Shown here: positions 35,058 to 45,170 of the stretch, one piece after another | How the letters are laid out: every line of letters begins with the position of its first letter | Position numbering within the stretch: position 1 is the first letter of the stretch | From: an uncultured virus (IMG/VR IMGVR_UViG_3300050505_000328) | Lineage: Duplodnaviria > Heunggongvirae > Uroviricota > Caudoviricetes | Virus record (IMG/VR): IMGVR_UViG_3300050505_000328 | DNA length: 64,000 bases | Direction: 5' to 3' (one strand) | Program-made: the position numbers and the translations under genes | The notes under the pieces: generated by a model | The model's input: only the letters and a program-made list of their open reading frames with translations | Database searches by the model: none | Told to the model about the DNA's origin: nothing

Positions 35058-36494
35058 ATGGGCAGGATCCTCTCACTCCTGAAAGCAGCCGCGAGCGAGA
35101 GATCGCTCCACGGCAAACTGGGCGCGTGGCGCCTCGCTATCTCGCAGAAGGTCGACGACTTCGTCGCTTCCGCGGGCAACACGCTCGCCTTCCTGAACCA
35201 GGGCGCGCCGATCGGGTCGTTCACGACCGTGAACTTCGTCGGCGCCGGGGTCTCGGCCGCCGTGGGACCGGGGCGGGTCGACGTCACGATCCCCGGGGGA
35301 GGCTCCGCGAGCCTGTGCGGCGTCAACGCTTACGTGCTGCAGGCCACGTGGTTCGTCAACGCCGTGACCGGCAGCGACATCAACGACGGCTTCACACCCG
35401 CCACGGCGCTCCTGACCGTGACCGAGCTCGCGTGCCGTCTGAACGACAGGTCGATCCTGCAGGACACGACCATCACGCTCGAGGGTGACTTCTCGCTCCA
35501 GGACCTGCACGTGCGCCTCGCGCCCGCGCCGAACACGACGACCACGATCGTGGGCACGCCCAGCGCTTCCGCAACGCGCACGGTCTCCGCTTTCACGCCG
35601 TACGACGAGACCGCGCACACGGCCGCGGTGCTCGACACCACGCCCGGCGTCCTGAACACGTTCCCGAACCAGCGCGTGCGCGACAGCGCGACCGGCGCCG
35701 TAGGCTGGCTGCTCGCCTTCCCCTCGGCGACGACCGCGACCACGAGCTACTTCACGGACATCTTCAACACCGACACGGTGCTGAACCCCGGCGACACCGA
35801 GTTCATCGAGGACGTGACCGCGACGCAGCTCGGCTGGATCGACGTCGAGAACGTGGGCTCGGGCGACGTCGTGATCCGCGACCTGGCGATCGTTCCGCAG
35901 GTCGACAAGCCGATGACCGCCAAGGGCGGAGTGGCGACCAACGCCTCGTCGCTCGGTCGCCTGACCTTCTTCGGTGTCCAATTCCCGTTCAACGTGGGTC
36001 AGGCGTCTTTCCAGGACTCGAACGCGGACTTCCTCGGCTGCATGTGGGTGTCCGGCGTGCCGACGTTCTCGACGGGCGTCTACCGAATGGGAGGGCCCGC
36101 GTTCCAGTCGTGCACGCCGATCCTACAGGCCGGCTGCTGGGCGACCATGGACCGCGTCGTCAACCGCGCGGGCGGCTTCCAGATGACCGGCGGCGCGCAG
36201 GCGACGGTCACGAACCACGGTTTCATCACGGTCGGCGGCTCGGGCGGCGTGGACATCGGCGATATGGCCTTCTACCGCTTCACCGGGCGCATGTGGCAGA
36301 CCGCGGCGTTCATCGCGCCCGTGTCCTACGGCATCGACGTGCACAACGGCGGCGGCGTGTACTACGGCGCGAACAAGCCCGAGCTCACGGGTGCCGTCTC
36401 GGACACGCACGTGGGAGGCACTGACAAGCTCTACGCCGCGATCCCGTACACGGATGCTCTGAACCTCTCGCGGATCGTGGCGAGCACGACATGA
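35058..36494 (+). CDS. Putative fibre/spike protein 1
   Basis: G/A/T/V-rich; WFVNAVTGSDINDG motif; SLLKAA..ERSLH leader. Confidence 0.65.
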   Translation: MGRILSLLKAAASERSLHGKLGAWRLAISQKVDDFVASAGNTLAFLNQGAPIGSFTTVNFVGAGVSAAVGPGRVDVTIPGGGSASLCGVNAYVLQATWFVNAVTGSDINDGFTPATALLTVTELACRLNDRSILQDTTITLEGDFSLQDLHVRLAPAPNTTTTIVGTPSASATRTVSAFTPYDETAHTAAVLDTTPGVLNTFPNQRVRDSATGAVGWLLAFPSATTATTSYFTDIFNTDTVLNPGDTEFIEDVTATQLGWIDVENVGSGDVVIRDLAIVPQVDKPMTAKGGVATNASSLGRLTFFGVQFPFNVGQASFQDSNADFLGCMWVSGVPTFSTGVYRMGGPAFQSCTPILQAGCWATMDRVVNRAGGFQMTGGAQATVTNHGFITVGGSGGVDIGDMAFYRFTGRMWQTAAFIAPVSYGIDVHNGGGVYYGANKPELTGAVSDTHVGGTDKLYAAIPYTDALNLSRIVASTT

Positions 36495-38167
36495 GGAACT
36501 TCTGGGACAAGACCCCGTACTCGCCCGGCGGCGGCGGAGGCCCCGGTGGCGTCCTCCCGCTCGGGATCGACATCGGCGACATCTTGTTCTGGGACGGCTC
36601 GGCGTGGGTCGCGAACGCGGTCCCGCCAGCGCCTGGCAACACTCTTGTCTGGAACGGCACGAAGTGGATCCCGATCGCGCTGCCCGGTGGCGTCTTACCT
36701 CCTGGTGTCGAGCTCGGCGACATCCTGGTCTGGGATGGCGTGAGTGCGTGGGTGCCGAACGCGCTGCCACCAGCGGTCGGCGACACGCTCGTCTGGAACG
36801 GCGCGACGTGGGTGCCGACTGTTCAAGGCGCGCCTGGTGGCGGGCTCCCGCCCGGCCTCTTCGCGGGCGACATCCTGGTCTGGACCGGCGCGGCGTGGGT
36901 GCGTGACTTCACGCTACCGTTCCTAACGCAGGCCGCGTGGTTCGTGAACTCGGCGACGGGCAACGACGCGAACGACGGCTCGACGGCGCTCACGCCACTC
37001 TTGACGATCGGCGAATTGAATCGCCGGTTCATGGGCAGGACTTTCTCGCCCGCTCTCACGTCGATCACGGTCACGCTCGCCGGGACTTTCCCGACTCAGG
37101 ACCTCGTGCTCTTCGCGAACTGGTCGTGCGCGGGAACTGCGTTCACCGGCGGCGGCCAGATGAATATCCAGGGCACGATGACCCAGGTGGGCGCCGGTAC
37201 AATCACCGGTTACACCGCCGAGAACGCCGCGACCGGTACTCGAACGCAACTCGTCGACGCCGCGCAGAACTTCGGCCCACACGTCAATCGCCGCATCCGC
37301 ATGACCAGCGGCACGAACGCTGGCGCTGTGACCTTCATCACCTCGAGTCCCGGGGCGACCACCGCGAACGTCGGGACCTTCCAACTCATCGCACCGGTCG
37401 TCTTTGCCGGCTCGGTATCTAACGTCAACCCGGCCATCGGAGACAGCTACGTAATAGAGACTTTCGACACGCAGCTCCAAGCTTTCAACGTTCAAATTCT
37501 CGGGAACTGTATCTACCGACTGCGCGACGTCTCGATCGGCTCCGCCGCGAACACGATCATCCCGCACTCCTACATGCTCGGCGGTCGTGCTTCGGTCGCC
37601 CAGGTCTTCGGCGCTCAGTTCATCCAAGTCGCGGGCGGCACGCACATCGTCGAGGGCACGTTCAACCTGAACGGCGTCCAGGTCATCGGCGGCAGCTCCT
37701 TCTCCTTCGGGAAGGGTAACTTCTTCTGCCAGGGCGTCTGCCAGTGCACCGAGATGCAGACGCTCGAGGGTGCGGACATCATCAGCAATCGATGGTTGCA
37801 GGACGGTAACGGGGTCAACAACGCGGCCTTCTTGCTGGGCAACGGCTCCTCGCTCGAGGACATCAACCCGCGGGCGTGCTTCGGTGTGGTCAACGGCTTC
37901 CTCACCGAACTGATGCGAGTGGAAGACTTCGCAATGTGGGTCATGTCGACTAGCGGAGCGATCTTCTACGGCGCGGCAGGGAATACGGTGACGAACGCGC
38001 TCCGCGTGCGCAACGGCTGCGGTGTCATGTACGTGACCAAGCCCACGGCGACCGGCGCTACACCAGGACTCGACGTCGTACTCGCCGGCGCCGCCGCCAT
38101 TGACTGGGCGACTGCACCGGCAGTGGCCGCGCCTCCCAACAATGCCTTCATCAACGTGAGGCAGTGA
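36491..38167 (+). CDS. Putative fibre/spike protein 2 with N-terminal shaft-like repeats
   Basis: Repeats of GDIL.W.G..WV and G.TLVWNG..W; WFVNSATGNDANDG. Confidence 0.68.
   Translation: MRNFWDKTPYSPGGGGGPGGVLPLGIDIGDILFWDGSAWVANAVPPAPGNTLVWNGTKWIPIALPGGVLPPGVELGDILVWDGVSAWVPNALPPAVGDTLVWNGATWVPTVQGAPGGGLPPGLFAGDILVWTGAAWVRDFTLPFLTQAAWFVNSATGNDANDGSTALTPLLTIGELNRRFMGRTFSPALTSITVTLAGTFPTQDLVLFANWSCAGTAFTGGGQMNIQGTMTQVGAGTITGYTAENAATGTRTQLVDAAQNFGPHVNRRIRMTSGTNAGAVTFITSSPGATTANVGTFQLIAPVVFAGSVSNVNPAIGDSYVIETFDTQLQAFNVQILGNCIYRLRDVSIGSAANTIIPHSYMLGGRASVAQVFGAQFIQVAGGTHIVEGTFNLNGVQVIGGSSFSFGKGNFFCQGVCQCTEMQTLEGADIISNRWLQDGNGVNNAAFLLGNGSSLEDINPRACFGVVNGFLTELMRVEDFAMWVMSTSGAIFYGAAGNTVTNALRVRNGCGVMYVTKPTATGATPGLDVVLAGAAAIDWATAPAVAAPPNNAFINVRQ
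36545..36905 (+). repeat. About 2.5 imperfect coding repeats of ~47-48 aa
   Basis: GGVLPLGIDIGDILFWDG / GGVLPPGVELGDILVWDG / GGLPPGLFAGDILVWTG. Confidence 0.75.
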
Positions 38168-38168
38168 G

Positions 38169-39434
38169 ATGACGACGGGACAAGTTCTTCTCTCTCCGAA
38201 CACCAACCTCGCCGTGGTGACAGGCGTGGGAACGGACGAGGGTTACCTCACGCAGATCGATTGGGGAGTGAGCAGTACGACTGGCAACGACAACAACGTC
38301 GGTACGGCCGCTTCCCCTCTATTGACCTTGGCCGAACTTGCTCGGCGGTGGAACGGTCGATCCTTCGCGCCAGGAATCGGCACGATCAGCGTCGCGTTGA
38401 CCGGGGACTTTCCAACTCAGTTCATCGACGCTCTCGTCGACGTCTCGAACCAGCGAATCAATTGGACCGGTACTCCGACACTGCAAGCGACCGGCGTCGT
38501 CACTGCGTTCACGGCGACGAACGCGGCGACCAGTCAAGACGCGCGACTGGCGGACACGACTACTCCTATTGTCTGGGCTGCTCACGTTCAGCGGCGCGTG
38601 CGACTCACGAGCGGGGCCAACTCCGGCGCCTTCGCGTGGGTTCTGGCTGATCTCGGGGCGAACACCGCGCGTGTGTCTCAATTCATCAGCCCGACGACGC
38701 TGGCCGCCGTCTCTCCGGCCGTCAATGACACGTTCGCTATCGAGACCCTTGGCACCCGCATAGCGGGGATCGATTGCCTGCTGTTCAACGGGGTGGGATC
38801 GGTAGAAAACTTAGCGATTGAGGCGGACGCCCCCGGCGGACGCTTGTCCTTCGCGCAGTGCCCAGGATCAGCGAGCCAGTTCTTGGTGACCGGCTGTCGC
38901 ATGCAGACTCAGCAACTGGGTTTCGTTATTGGCAGTAACCCACGTCTGAACGGCTGTTCTAACGTGGCCACACTGTCGAGCGGTCTAGCCACTCTCATTA
39001 TCTCCGGCCATGCGGCTTTCGCGACAGTCTTGGCTAACCAGGGACGCATCATCTTTGCAGTAGCCCCGTCGTTCCTACAGAACGCGCAGATACAGGCGAA
39101 CTTGGGTGCGTTCGTTTCTGTCCAAGCTGCCGTCGGTAGTTTCGACCGGACCGGTGTTGGTTCGTTCAACGTCGTGATCGACGTCCTCGCGCAGATGGAC
39201 AATACCGCGATTCTTTGGGGTCTAAACAACACGAACACCGGCGGCGCGGTGCAGGTGCGATCGAGGGGAGGCATCTCCTGGAACAGCGCTGGTAACCAAC
39301 CGACGATCACATCGACCGGCGGCGACGTCGTGCTCGGTGGAGCCGCGGCGGTGACGTGGGCAACGGTCGCGGCCGCCGCTCAGAGCTCGATGTGGAATCT
39401 CAATAACGGAGCGATGGCGGGGTTGCGCTCATGA
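38169..39434 (+). CDS. Putative fibre/spike protein 3
   Basis: Paralogue motifs STTGNDNNVG, RVRLTSG, DTFAIET; more A/T-ending codons. Confidence 0.65.
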   Translation: MTTGQVLLSPNTNLAVVTGVGTDEGYLTQIDWGVSSTTGNDNNVGTAASPLLTLAELARRWNGRSFAPGIGTISVALTGDFPTQFIDALVDVSNQRINWTGTPTLQATGVVTAFTATNAATSQDARLADTTTPIVWAAHVQRRVRLTSGANSGAFAWVLADLGANTARVSQFISPTTLAAVSPAVNDTFAIETLGTRIAGIDCLLFNGVGSVENLAIEADAPGGRLSFAQCPGSASQFLVTGCRMQTQQLGFVIGSNPRLNGCSNVATLSSGLATLIISGHAAFATVLANQGRIIFAVAPSFLQNAQIQANLGAFVSVQAAVGSFDRTGVGSFNVVIDVLAQMDNTAILWGLNNTNTGGAVQVRSRGGISWNSAGNQPTITSTGGDVVLGGAAAVTWATVAAAAQSSMWNLNNGAMAGLRS

Positions 39435-40726
39435 CGACTCCGCAAGTCATCCTCTCCCCGAACGCGAATCTCAATGTCTCGGTGGGCGTGGCACCGCTCA
39501 CGGGCGCGTCCTCGACGCAGACCGCGTGGTTCATCGACCCGGTCGCAGGACTCGACACGAACACCGGCCTCACCTCCGGCACCGCGCTGAAGACCGACGC
39601 CGAGCGCCAGCGCCGCGTGGGCGTGGTCTGGAACATCGTCGGGGACACGACCGTCACGTACTTGACCGACGTGCCATCGACCGACCCGTGCATCTTCACG
39701 TTCACGCTCGGCTCCGCCGGTTGCCTCCGAATCAAGGGCGTCGCCACGACGACCTATACGTCTCCCGGCGGCGGGTTCTCCGCCGTCACGGCCTTGAACC
39801 GCGCGACGAACACGCCGAGCTCGGTCACCGAGGCCGGCATGGGAGCCGGTCGCACCGGTCAACGCGTTCGACTGACGAGTGGCACCGTGGGGGCGCTCGC
39901 CTGGCTCGACAAGGACGGCGGGGGCGGAGTGTACCGCACGAGCCCGTGGGGCAGCGTGAACCTCGCCGCGAGCCCCATCCCTGGAAACCCGACCGCCGCC
40001 GCGGCCGCCGCGGGTAACACGTTCGTGATCGAGAGCCTCACTCAGATCGGGTACCTCGCGATCAACAACCTGTCCGCTCAGTTCGGCGGAGCGCTCACCA
40101 CGAACGGTACTCAGATCGTCGTGTCGGACTTGTACCTTACGCAAGCCGACGTGTGCGTCTCGGTCCTGCCGCTCGCGACGGTCACCAACTCGCCGCTCTT
40201 CTACGGCTGCCGCGTCCACTGTCCCGTGAGCGCGGTCATGTGTGAGTGCTTCATCGACACGGGCGTCATCCACGCCGCCCCGGGCAGCACCGTGGCCTAC
40301 TTCGGCTGCCTATGTCGGTCTCGCCCGACCTTTCAAAACGGCACGGTCGCCTTCCTCGATTACGACACGCTGTTTTCGCAGTCTGGCAACAACGGCTGGC
40401 GCTGTCGCTACGGTGGCGTCGCCCGCGTCGGTACTGCGGCAGTGTTCGACGCCACGAGCGATGCCGTACTCGTCGAGGACGGCGAGGTGAGGTGCGATGC
40501 TTTCTTGAGTGGCAACGATCTACTCTGGGGCACGGGAAGCGGTGGAACCGGAGTCCGCACGCGGTCGGGAGGAAAGCTCACGTTCAACGCCACACCGACC
40601 ATCACGGGCGCGTCTGACGCGATCATCGGCGGGACCGCAGCCGTGACCTGGGCGACCATCGTCGCCGCCCCGCAGAGCTCTATCCTGAACGCCAACAACG
40701 GCGCCTCGATCGGATTGTTCTCCTAA
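39431..40726 (+). CDS. Putative fibre/spike protein 4
   Basis: WFIDPVAGLDTNTG, RVRLTSG, NTFVIES; termini match protein 3. Confidence 0.65.
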   Translation: MTTPQVILSPNANLNVSVGVAPLTGASSTQTAWFIDPVAGLDTNTGLTSGTALKTDAERQRRVGVVWNIVGDTTVTYLTDVPSTDPCIFTFTLGSAGCLRIKGVATTTYTSPGGGFSAVTALNRATNTPSSVTEAGMGAGRTGQRVRLTSGTVGALAWLDKDGGGGVYRTSPWGSVNLAASPIPGNPTAAAAAAGNTFVIESLTQIGYLAINNLSAQFGGALTTNGTQIVVSDLYLTQADVCVSVLPLATVTNSPLFYGCRVHCPVSAVMCECFIDTGVIHAAPGSTVAYFGCLCRSRPTFQNGTVAFLDYDTLFSQSGNNGWRCRYGGVARVGTAAVFDATSDAVLVEDGEVRCDAFLSGNDLLWGTGSGGTGVRTRSGGKLTFNATPTITGASDAIIGGTAAVTWATIVAAPQSSILNANNGASIGLFS

Positions 40727-41562
40727 TGCCCATCACCGTACACGACGACGCTGTCGGCGAGCGCTCACTAGTAGCGGGCAACGCTGTCACCATCACCGGG
40801 GCGACCATCGGCGCGAACGTTCCCGACTTTGCCGCGCTGCCGGCAGCCGTCGCGACGGCGCTGAAGGGTAGAACTTTTCGTTATATCGCGCCGACGAGCG
40901 CGGCGGGCGGCACTATCAGCAATCTCGCGATCGTCAGCAACACTCTTTCCGGTTCGAATACCCCAGCGTTGACGAACGCGGATCTCCGCACCGCTTCATC
41001 GCGCGTGAACACGACGACCAGCACGGCCAACGTGCTTGTCGGGCACAACTTCACCGACCCAGGAATGTGCCGCGGAGCGGTGGCAGGAGTCGGAGGGTTT
41101 TTCTTCTGCCATCGTTTGGCGATCGTCGCACTGACGGCAGACGCGGTCGTTTCGATCGGAACCAACAACGCGGTTATCGGCGGCGGCGCCGATCCTGCTG
41201 CCACCGGCAATCGAATCGTTCTCGGAGCGAGCACGGGCGATACCGACCTAACGATCATCTCAACAGACAATGCGGCGACGGCGACCAAGAGCGCGGCAGT
41301 GATCAGTAAGGCGAACGCGATCATCGGTGACCCGACCACTGGCGGGCCTCGCGTGATGGAGGTTCGCATGTATGCGCTGCCCAACGACACCAAGGTTCAC
41401 GTCCAGGTTCTCGACATCAGCAACGGAACCACGCTCTTCGATGGCGACATCACGCTGACGCTGCCACTGAACACAACGAACCTGCGCCCGACGGCTGTGC
41501 TCGGCCCGAAGTCGAACGCCAATTGCCAAGTCGACTACATATTCTTTTACGGATACTGGTGA
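40726..41562 (+). CDS. Putative receptor-binding / beta-sandwich protein
   Basis: T/A/N-rich; aromatic C-terminus; atypical codon usage. Confidence 0.55.
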   Translation: MPITVHDDAVGERSLVAGNAVTITGATIGANVPDFAALPAAVATALKGRTFRYIAPTSAAGGTISNLAIVSNTLSGSNTPALTNADLRTASSRVNTTTSTANVLVGHNFTDPGMCRGAVAGVGGFFFCHRLAIVALTADAVVSIGTNNAVIGGGADPAATGNRIVLGASTGDTDLTIISTDNAATATKSAAVISKANAIIGDPTTGGPRVMEVRMYALPNDTKVHVQVLDISNGTTLFDGDITLTLPLNTTNLRPTAVLGPKSNANCQVDYIFFYGYW

Positions 41563-41567
41563 GCGGC

Positions 41568-41858
41568 ATGGGATACGAGATCACCGTCGTGGGCAAGAAG
41601 ACGAAGCCAAAGTTGGTCGAGGGCACGGATCCGAGCGACATCCTGCACGAAGCCGCGCGCGACGTCGGGTACATGGGCAGTCTCCACGTGCACCTGATCG
41701 ACACAACCGGCGAGTGCCGCGGGTACACCGACGAAGGTTGGACCGCGGCTCGGCGCGAACTCCCGCGCGAGACCGAGGACCCCGACGAAAGACCGAAGTT
41801 CACCTACGACGACCCGGACGGGGAGCTCGCGCTGGTCGTCGCGGTGCCTGTGAAGTAA
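41568..41858 (+). CDS. Hypothetical protein
   Basis: ORF with typical codons. Confidence 0.55.
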   Translation: MGYEITVVGKKTKPKLVEGTDPSDILHEAARDVGYMGSLHVHLIDTTGECRGYTDEGWTAARRELPRETEDPDERPKFTYDDPDGELALVVAVPVK

Positions 41859-41867
41859 AGGAACGAG

Positions 41868-42242
41868 ATGGCCATCGAACAAAAAGGATTGCAAGGCAAA
41901 GAGAAGGAGCAGTTCCGAGACATGCTCCCGCCCGACGACTACGAGCCTGACTGGAAGAAGCAGTTCAAGCTCATGGACCGGCACACGAACGCTCGGAAGA
42001 CCGCCGAGCGCCTGCTCGTCTTCGCCGCGGGCTTCGCCCTCTCCGGCTTCGTGCCCGGCGCTCACGCGCCCAAGGCAGCGTTCCTGGCGATGCTCCTGAT
42101 CTGGTTCGCTGTATCGGTCGTCGTAGCCGTCAGGACCCAGCTCGCCGCGCGCGCCATCGACAAGAAGCTCGACGAGGACGTGCGGATCGAGAAAGAGGCG
42201 GCGGCAGCAGCTGCTGCAGCCAACATCGAAGCGAAGGCGTGA
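41868..42242 (+). CDS. 2-TM membrane protein
   Basis: Two hydrophobic helices; AAGGA RBS. Confidence 0.6.
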   Translation: MAIEQKGLQGKEKEQFRDMLPPDDYEPDWKKQFKLMDRHTNARKTAERLLVFAAGFALSGFVPGAHAPKAAFLAMLLIWFAVSVVVAVRTQLAARAIDKKLDEDVRIEKEAAAAAAAANIEAKA

Positions 42243-42244
42243 GC

Positions 42245-42793
42245 ATGGCTCGTTCTAAACTCCATGGTCTGGCGATGCAGGTCGCCTCGCAGTTTGGTCT
42301 CGGCAGCCCGATCGGGCAGTGGATCCTCGGCGTCTCGCAGCAGTCCTCGCACCCGTCGCAGGCGGTCGCCAAGGACTACGTGCAGACCTCATACTCGGCC
42401 GGTGGTGGGCAGTCGCTCGCCGCCAACACCGACATCGTGATGGACACGCCCGGTTACGGCGACATCCCGTACAACCCGCTGAACGGCGTGTTCACTCTCA
42501 CGGGGAACAAGAACTACCGGCTCACCGCGCACTTCACGCTCGCGAACTACACGGGCGAGACGACCAATATCGGGATCGAGTGGGTGGACGCGAACACGAA
42601 CGCCGTGCTGCACGCCGATCACGGCGCGTTCCTCACGCCGGTCACCAACACGAACAACGAGAACTTCCAGCCGACTGCCGAGACCTTCCACACGCCCAGC
42701 GTCAACCAGACGGTGAAGCTCCGCGTGACCGGCGCCACCGGCACGGCCGACGCGCTCGGCGGGCTCTCGTACGCGCTCGTGCAGGAAGTGTGA
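42245..42793 (+). CDS. Putative C1q/BclA-CTD-like beta-sandwich virion protein
   Basis: YNPLNGVFTL...YRLTAH pattern; leader shared with 46506..47063; GTG 42239 is an alternative start. Confidence 0.55.
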   Translation: MARSKLHGLAMQVASQFGLGSPIGQWILGVSQQSSHPSQAVAKDYVQTSYSAGGGQSLAANTDIVMDTPGYGDIPYNPLNGVFTLTGNKNYRLTAHFTLANYTGETTNIGIEWVDANTNAVLHADHGAFLTPVTNTNNENFQPTAETFHTPSVNQTVKLRVTGATGTADALGGLSYALVQEV

Positions 42794-42796
42794 GCC

Positions 42797-44152
42797 GTGG
42801 CCGAGGAGGCGGACGTCCTGATCGCCTGGAATCACGGCGGCATACCCGTGAACCAGGTGAAGTCCGCCTTCAAGCGCCCGACGAAGTTCGTCAACCTGCC
42901 GAACCCCGACTCGTGGGCGCAGTCGCTCGCGCCGTACGGGGGCGGCGTGCGAGCGATGATCGCGAAGTACGCGCCGGGCGTGACGCCGCTGCGAGTCGGG
43001 CTGCTCGGGTTCAGCGCGAGCTGCCAGGGCGTCGCGCAGGTGCTCTCGTCGAGCGACGGCGGGCGCGTCGACGCGGTCGTCGCCGTCGACGGGATCCACG
43101 TCGGCTACCTCGACAAGGTCAAGCACGTCTTGAACCCGGCCGGGATGAAGCCGTGGCTCGACTTCGCGGCGCTCGCCGCAAACAACGAGCGCCTGTTCCT
43201 CGACTCGTACTCGAGCGTGGTCCCGCCCTACGCGAGCACGACCGAGACCGCGAACTGGCTCTGGGAGAAGCTCACGAGCAACACCGAAGCCTATGCAGCC
43301 GACACACCGGTGCCCGAGATCAACGTGCCGGCGACGTCGGTGCACGTGGGCGTGCCGCCGGCGACGACGCCTTACTCGATCGACTACCCGGCCCCGCCGT
43401 GGAAGGCGAAGCGCCGGCGCGGCGGACTCATCATGGTCGGCTGCACCGACCTCGACCCGCAGGGCTACGCTGACCACATCTACCAGGGCTCGCGCATGCT
43501 GCCCGTGCTGCTCGCGGCGGTCCTCGCGGAGAGGTGGAACGCGATGGACCCAAAAGCGCCGGGGGCGTCCTGTTTCATAGCGGGCGCCCCCCACCCGGCT
43601 GACTTCTTCACGCTCGGCGCGTCGTGCGCCAAAGGCGTGGTCCTGCCGGCGGACTACATGAGCACGAACGAGGCGGCGCCGCTGCCGAGCTCGGGGATCT
43701 CGACAGCGACACCAAGTCCTGGCTTGGGATCGACCGAGAGCTCAGGCTTCCCGTGGGGCGCTGTCGCGCTCGCGGGCGTCGCCGCGGTCGTGGTCGGGGG
43801 CATCGTCGTCGGCGCGCCCAAGGCAGCGTCCGGCCTCTCCCTGCAGCAGAACCCGCTCGCGTACACGGTCACCTTCACGAACGGGAACAAGACCGCGCTC
43901 ATCAAGTACGGCTCTGCAGACGACCCGGGGCGCGTGTTCACGCTTCGTGTCCACAAGCACGCCACTTGGGAACTAATCAACCCAGATGGGTACAGGGTCA
44001 GCGAGGGCACGGTGCAGTACGGCCAACTGGGGTATGCTCGGGGAACGGCACTGGAGCACACCGTGGACAAGGCCGAAAAAGTTTTTCGACAGACCGGGAT
44101 CTGGGCCTACAGCTCTCCGAACAAGGAGCGCTGGGGAGTGAACCAACCGTAA
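42797..44152 (+). CDS. Alpha/beta-hydrolase-like domain + HPADFF + TM + LQQNP + C-terminal domain
   Basis: LLGFSASC, VVAVDGIH, late DH; motifs read from the translation. Confidence 0.65.
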   Translation: MAEEADVLIAWNHGGIPVNQVKSAFKRPTKFVNLPNPDSWAQSLAPYGGGVRAMIAKYAPGVTPLRVGLLGFSASCQGVAQVLSSSDGGRVDAVVAVDGIHVGYLDKVKHVLNPAGMKPWLDFAALAANNERLFLDSYSSVVPPYASTTETANWLWEKLTSNTEAYAADTPVPEINVPATSVHVGVPPATTPYSIDYPAPPWKAKRRRGGLIMVGCTDLDPQGYADHIYQGSRMLPVLLAAVLAERWNAMDPKAPGASCFIAGAPHPADFFTLGASCAKGVVLPADYMSTNEAAPLPSSGISTATPSPGLGSTESSGFPWGAVALAGVAAVVVGGIVVGAPKAASGLSLQQNPLAYTVTFTNGNKTALIKYGSADDPGRVFTLRVHKHATWELINPDGYRVSEGTVQYGQLGYARGTALEHTVDKAEKVFRQTGIWAYSSPNKERWGVNQP

Positions 44153-44577
44153 TGGCGACCAACTGGGTCCCGTGGGCGGTCGGCGCTGGCGTACTGGGCG
44201 CGTGGTGGCTGCTGTCAGGAACGAGCAAGGGCGCGAGCTCCAGCGCTGAGCCGATCCAACCCCTGCCTGGCAGCTGCCTACCCATCGACAAGACGAAGTT
44301 CGAGGCGTGGCTCGTCGAGAAGCAGCTCGCCGGCAACACCACGAACATCACGCTGCCGTTCCCCTCGACCTACGAGTTCCTCGTCACCACCAAGCTCGCG
44401 CCGGCCGACCTCCCGTTCGGCAGGCCGTACGTGCTGGTGCTCGGAAACGGCGAGTTCTGGTACTACAAGGACAAGAACAGCGCGCCGGTCAAGAGTCCGA
44501 ACCTGATGAACCAGTACTGCGCTTACGTGAAGTCGCTCGCCGGTGCGCGTCACCCAGCCGACTTCTTCATGGTGTAA
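44152..44577 (+). CDS. N-anchored membrane protein ending HPADFFMV
   Basis: TAATG coupling; N-terminal TM; GEFWYY...YC. Confidence 0.72.
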   Translation: MATNWVPWAVGAGVLGAWWLLSGTSKGASSSAEPIQPLPGSCLPIDKTKFEAWLVEKQLAGNTTNITLPFPSTYEFLVTTKLAPADLPFGRPYVLVLGNGEFWYYKDKNSAPVKSPNLMNQYCAYVKSLAGARHPADFFMV

Positions 44578-44579
44578 CG

Positions 44580-45167
44580 ATGGCGAGGCGTCAAAGTGTC
44601 GTGCAGGTCGGGAACGGGATCACGATCCGTTACTCGAACGTGAACCAGGCGTACTTCGTCATGTGGCACAACCAAGTGCTGCGCGTCTTCAATCGATACG
44701 CGGACGCCGAGAGGTACGCGGACGAGATCGCTGGCAACAAGTCTCTCCAGGAGAACCCGAGCGCGCTGCCGTGGATCATTGGCGGAGGTCTCCTCGCGGC
44801 CGGGATCTGGTGGTGGATGTCGCGCGACACCGAGGCGAAGGCCGAGACGCCGAGCGCTCTCCCGTGCCCGATCACGGACGCGATGCTCACGACGTACGTC
44901 AAGTCGAAGCCCACGACGTACAAGCTGTACGTGCCGCCGGACAAGACCCAACCGGTTGCGCAGTGGCCCGCTCCGAAGGCCGACTACGTCTCGAACAAGA
45001 ACGCGCACACGTTCTCGACCGTCGATTGCGGCTTCTACAAGTGGAACGGCACGAAGTGGGTCTCGGACGACGCCGAGAACGCCGCGCTGGCGAAGTTCGT
45101 CGGCGCGAGCGTGACCAAGGGCACGCCAGCTCTCAACGGACACCCCGCCGACTTCTTCATGGTGTGA
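44580..45167 (+). CDS. Small domain + LQENP + TM + domain ending HPADFFMV
   Basis: Motifs read from the translation. Confidence 0.72.
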   Translation: MARRQSVVQVGNGITIRYSNVNQAYFVMWHNQVLRVFNRYADAERYADEIAGNKSLQENPSALPWIIGGGLLAAGIWWWMSRDTEAKAETPSALPCPITDAMLTTYVKSKPTTYKLYVPPDKTQPVAQWPAPKADYVSNKNAHTFSTVDCGFYKWNGTKWVSDDAENAALAKFVGASVTKGTPALNGHPADFFMV

Positions 45168-45170
45168 TCC

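Noticed and set aside
35058..41562. Diversity-generating retroelement or invertible fibre cassette
   Set aside because: No reverse transcriptase, no near-identical template/variable pair, no adjacent invertase or flanking inverted repeats seen
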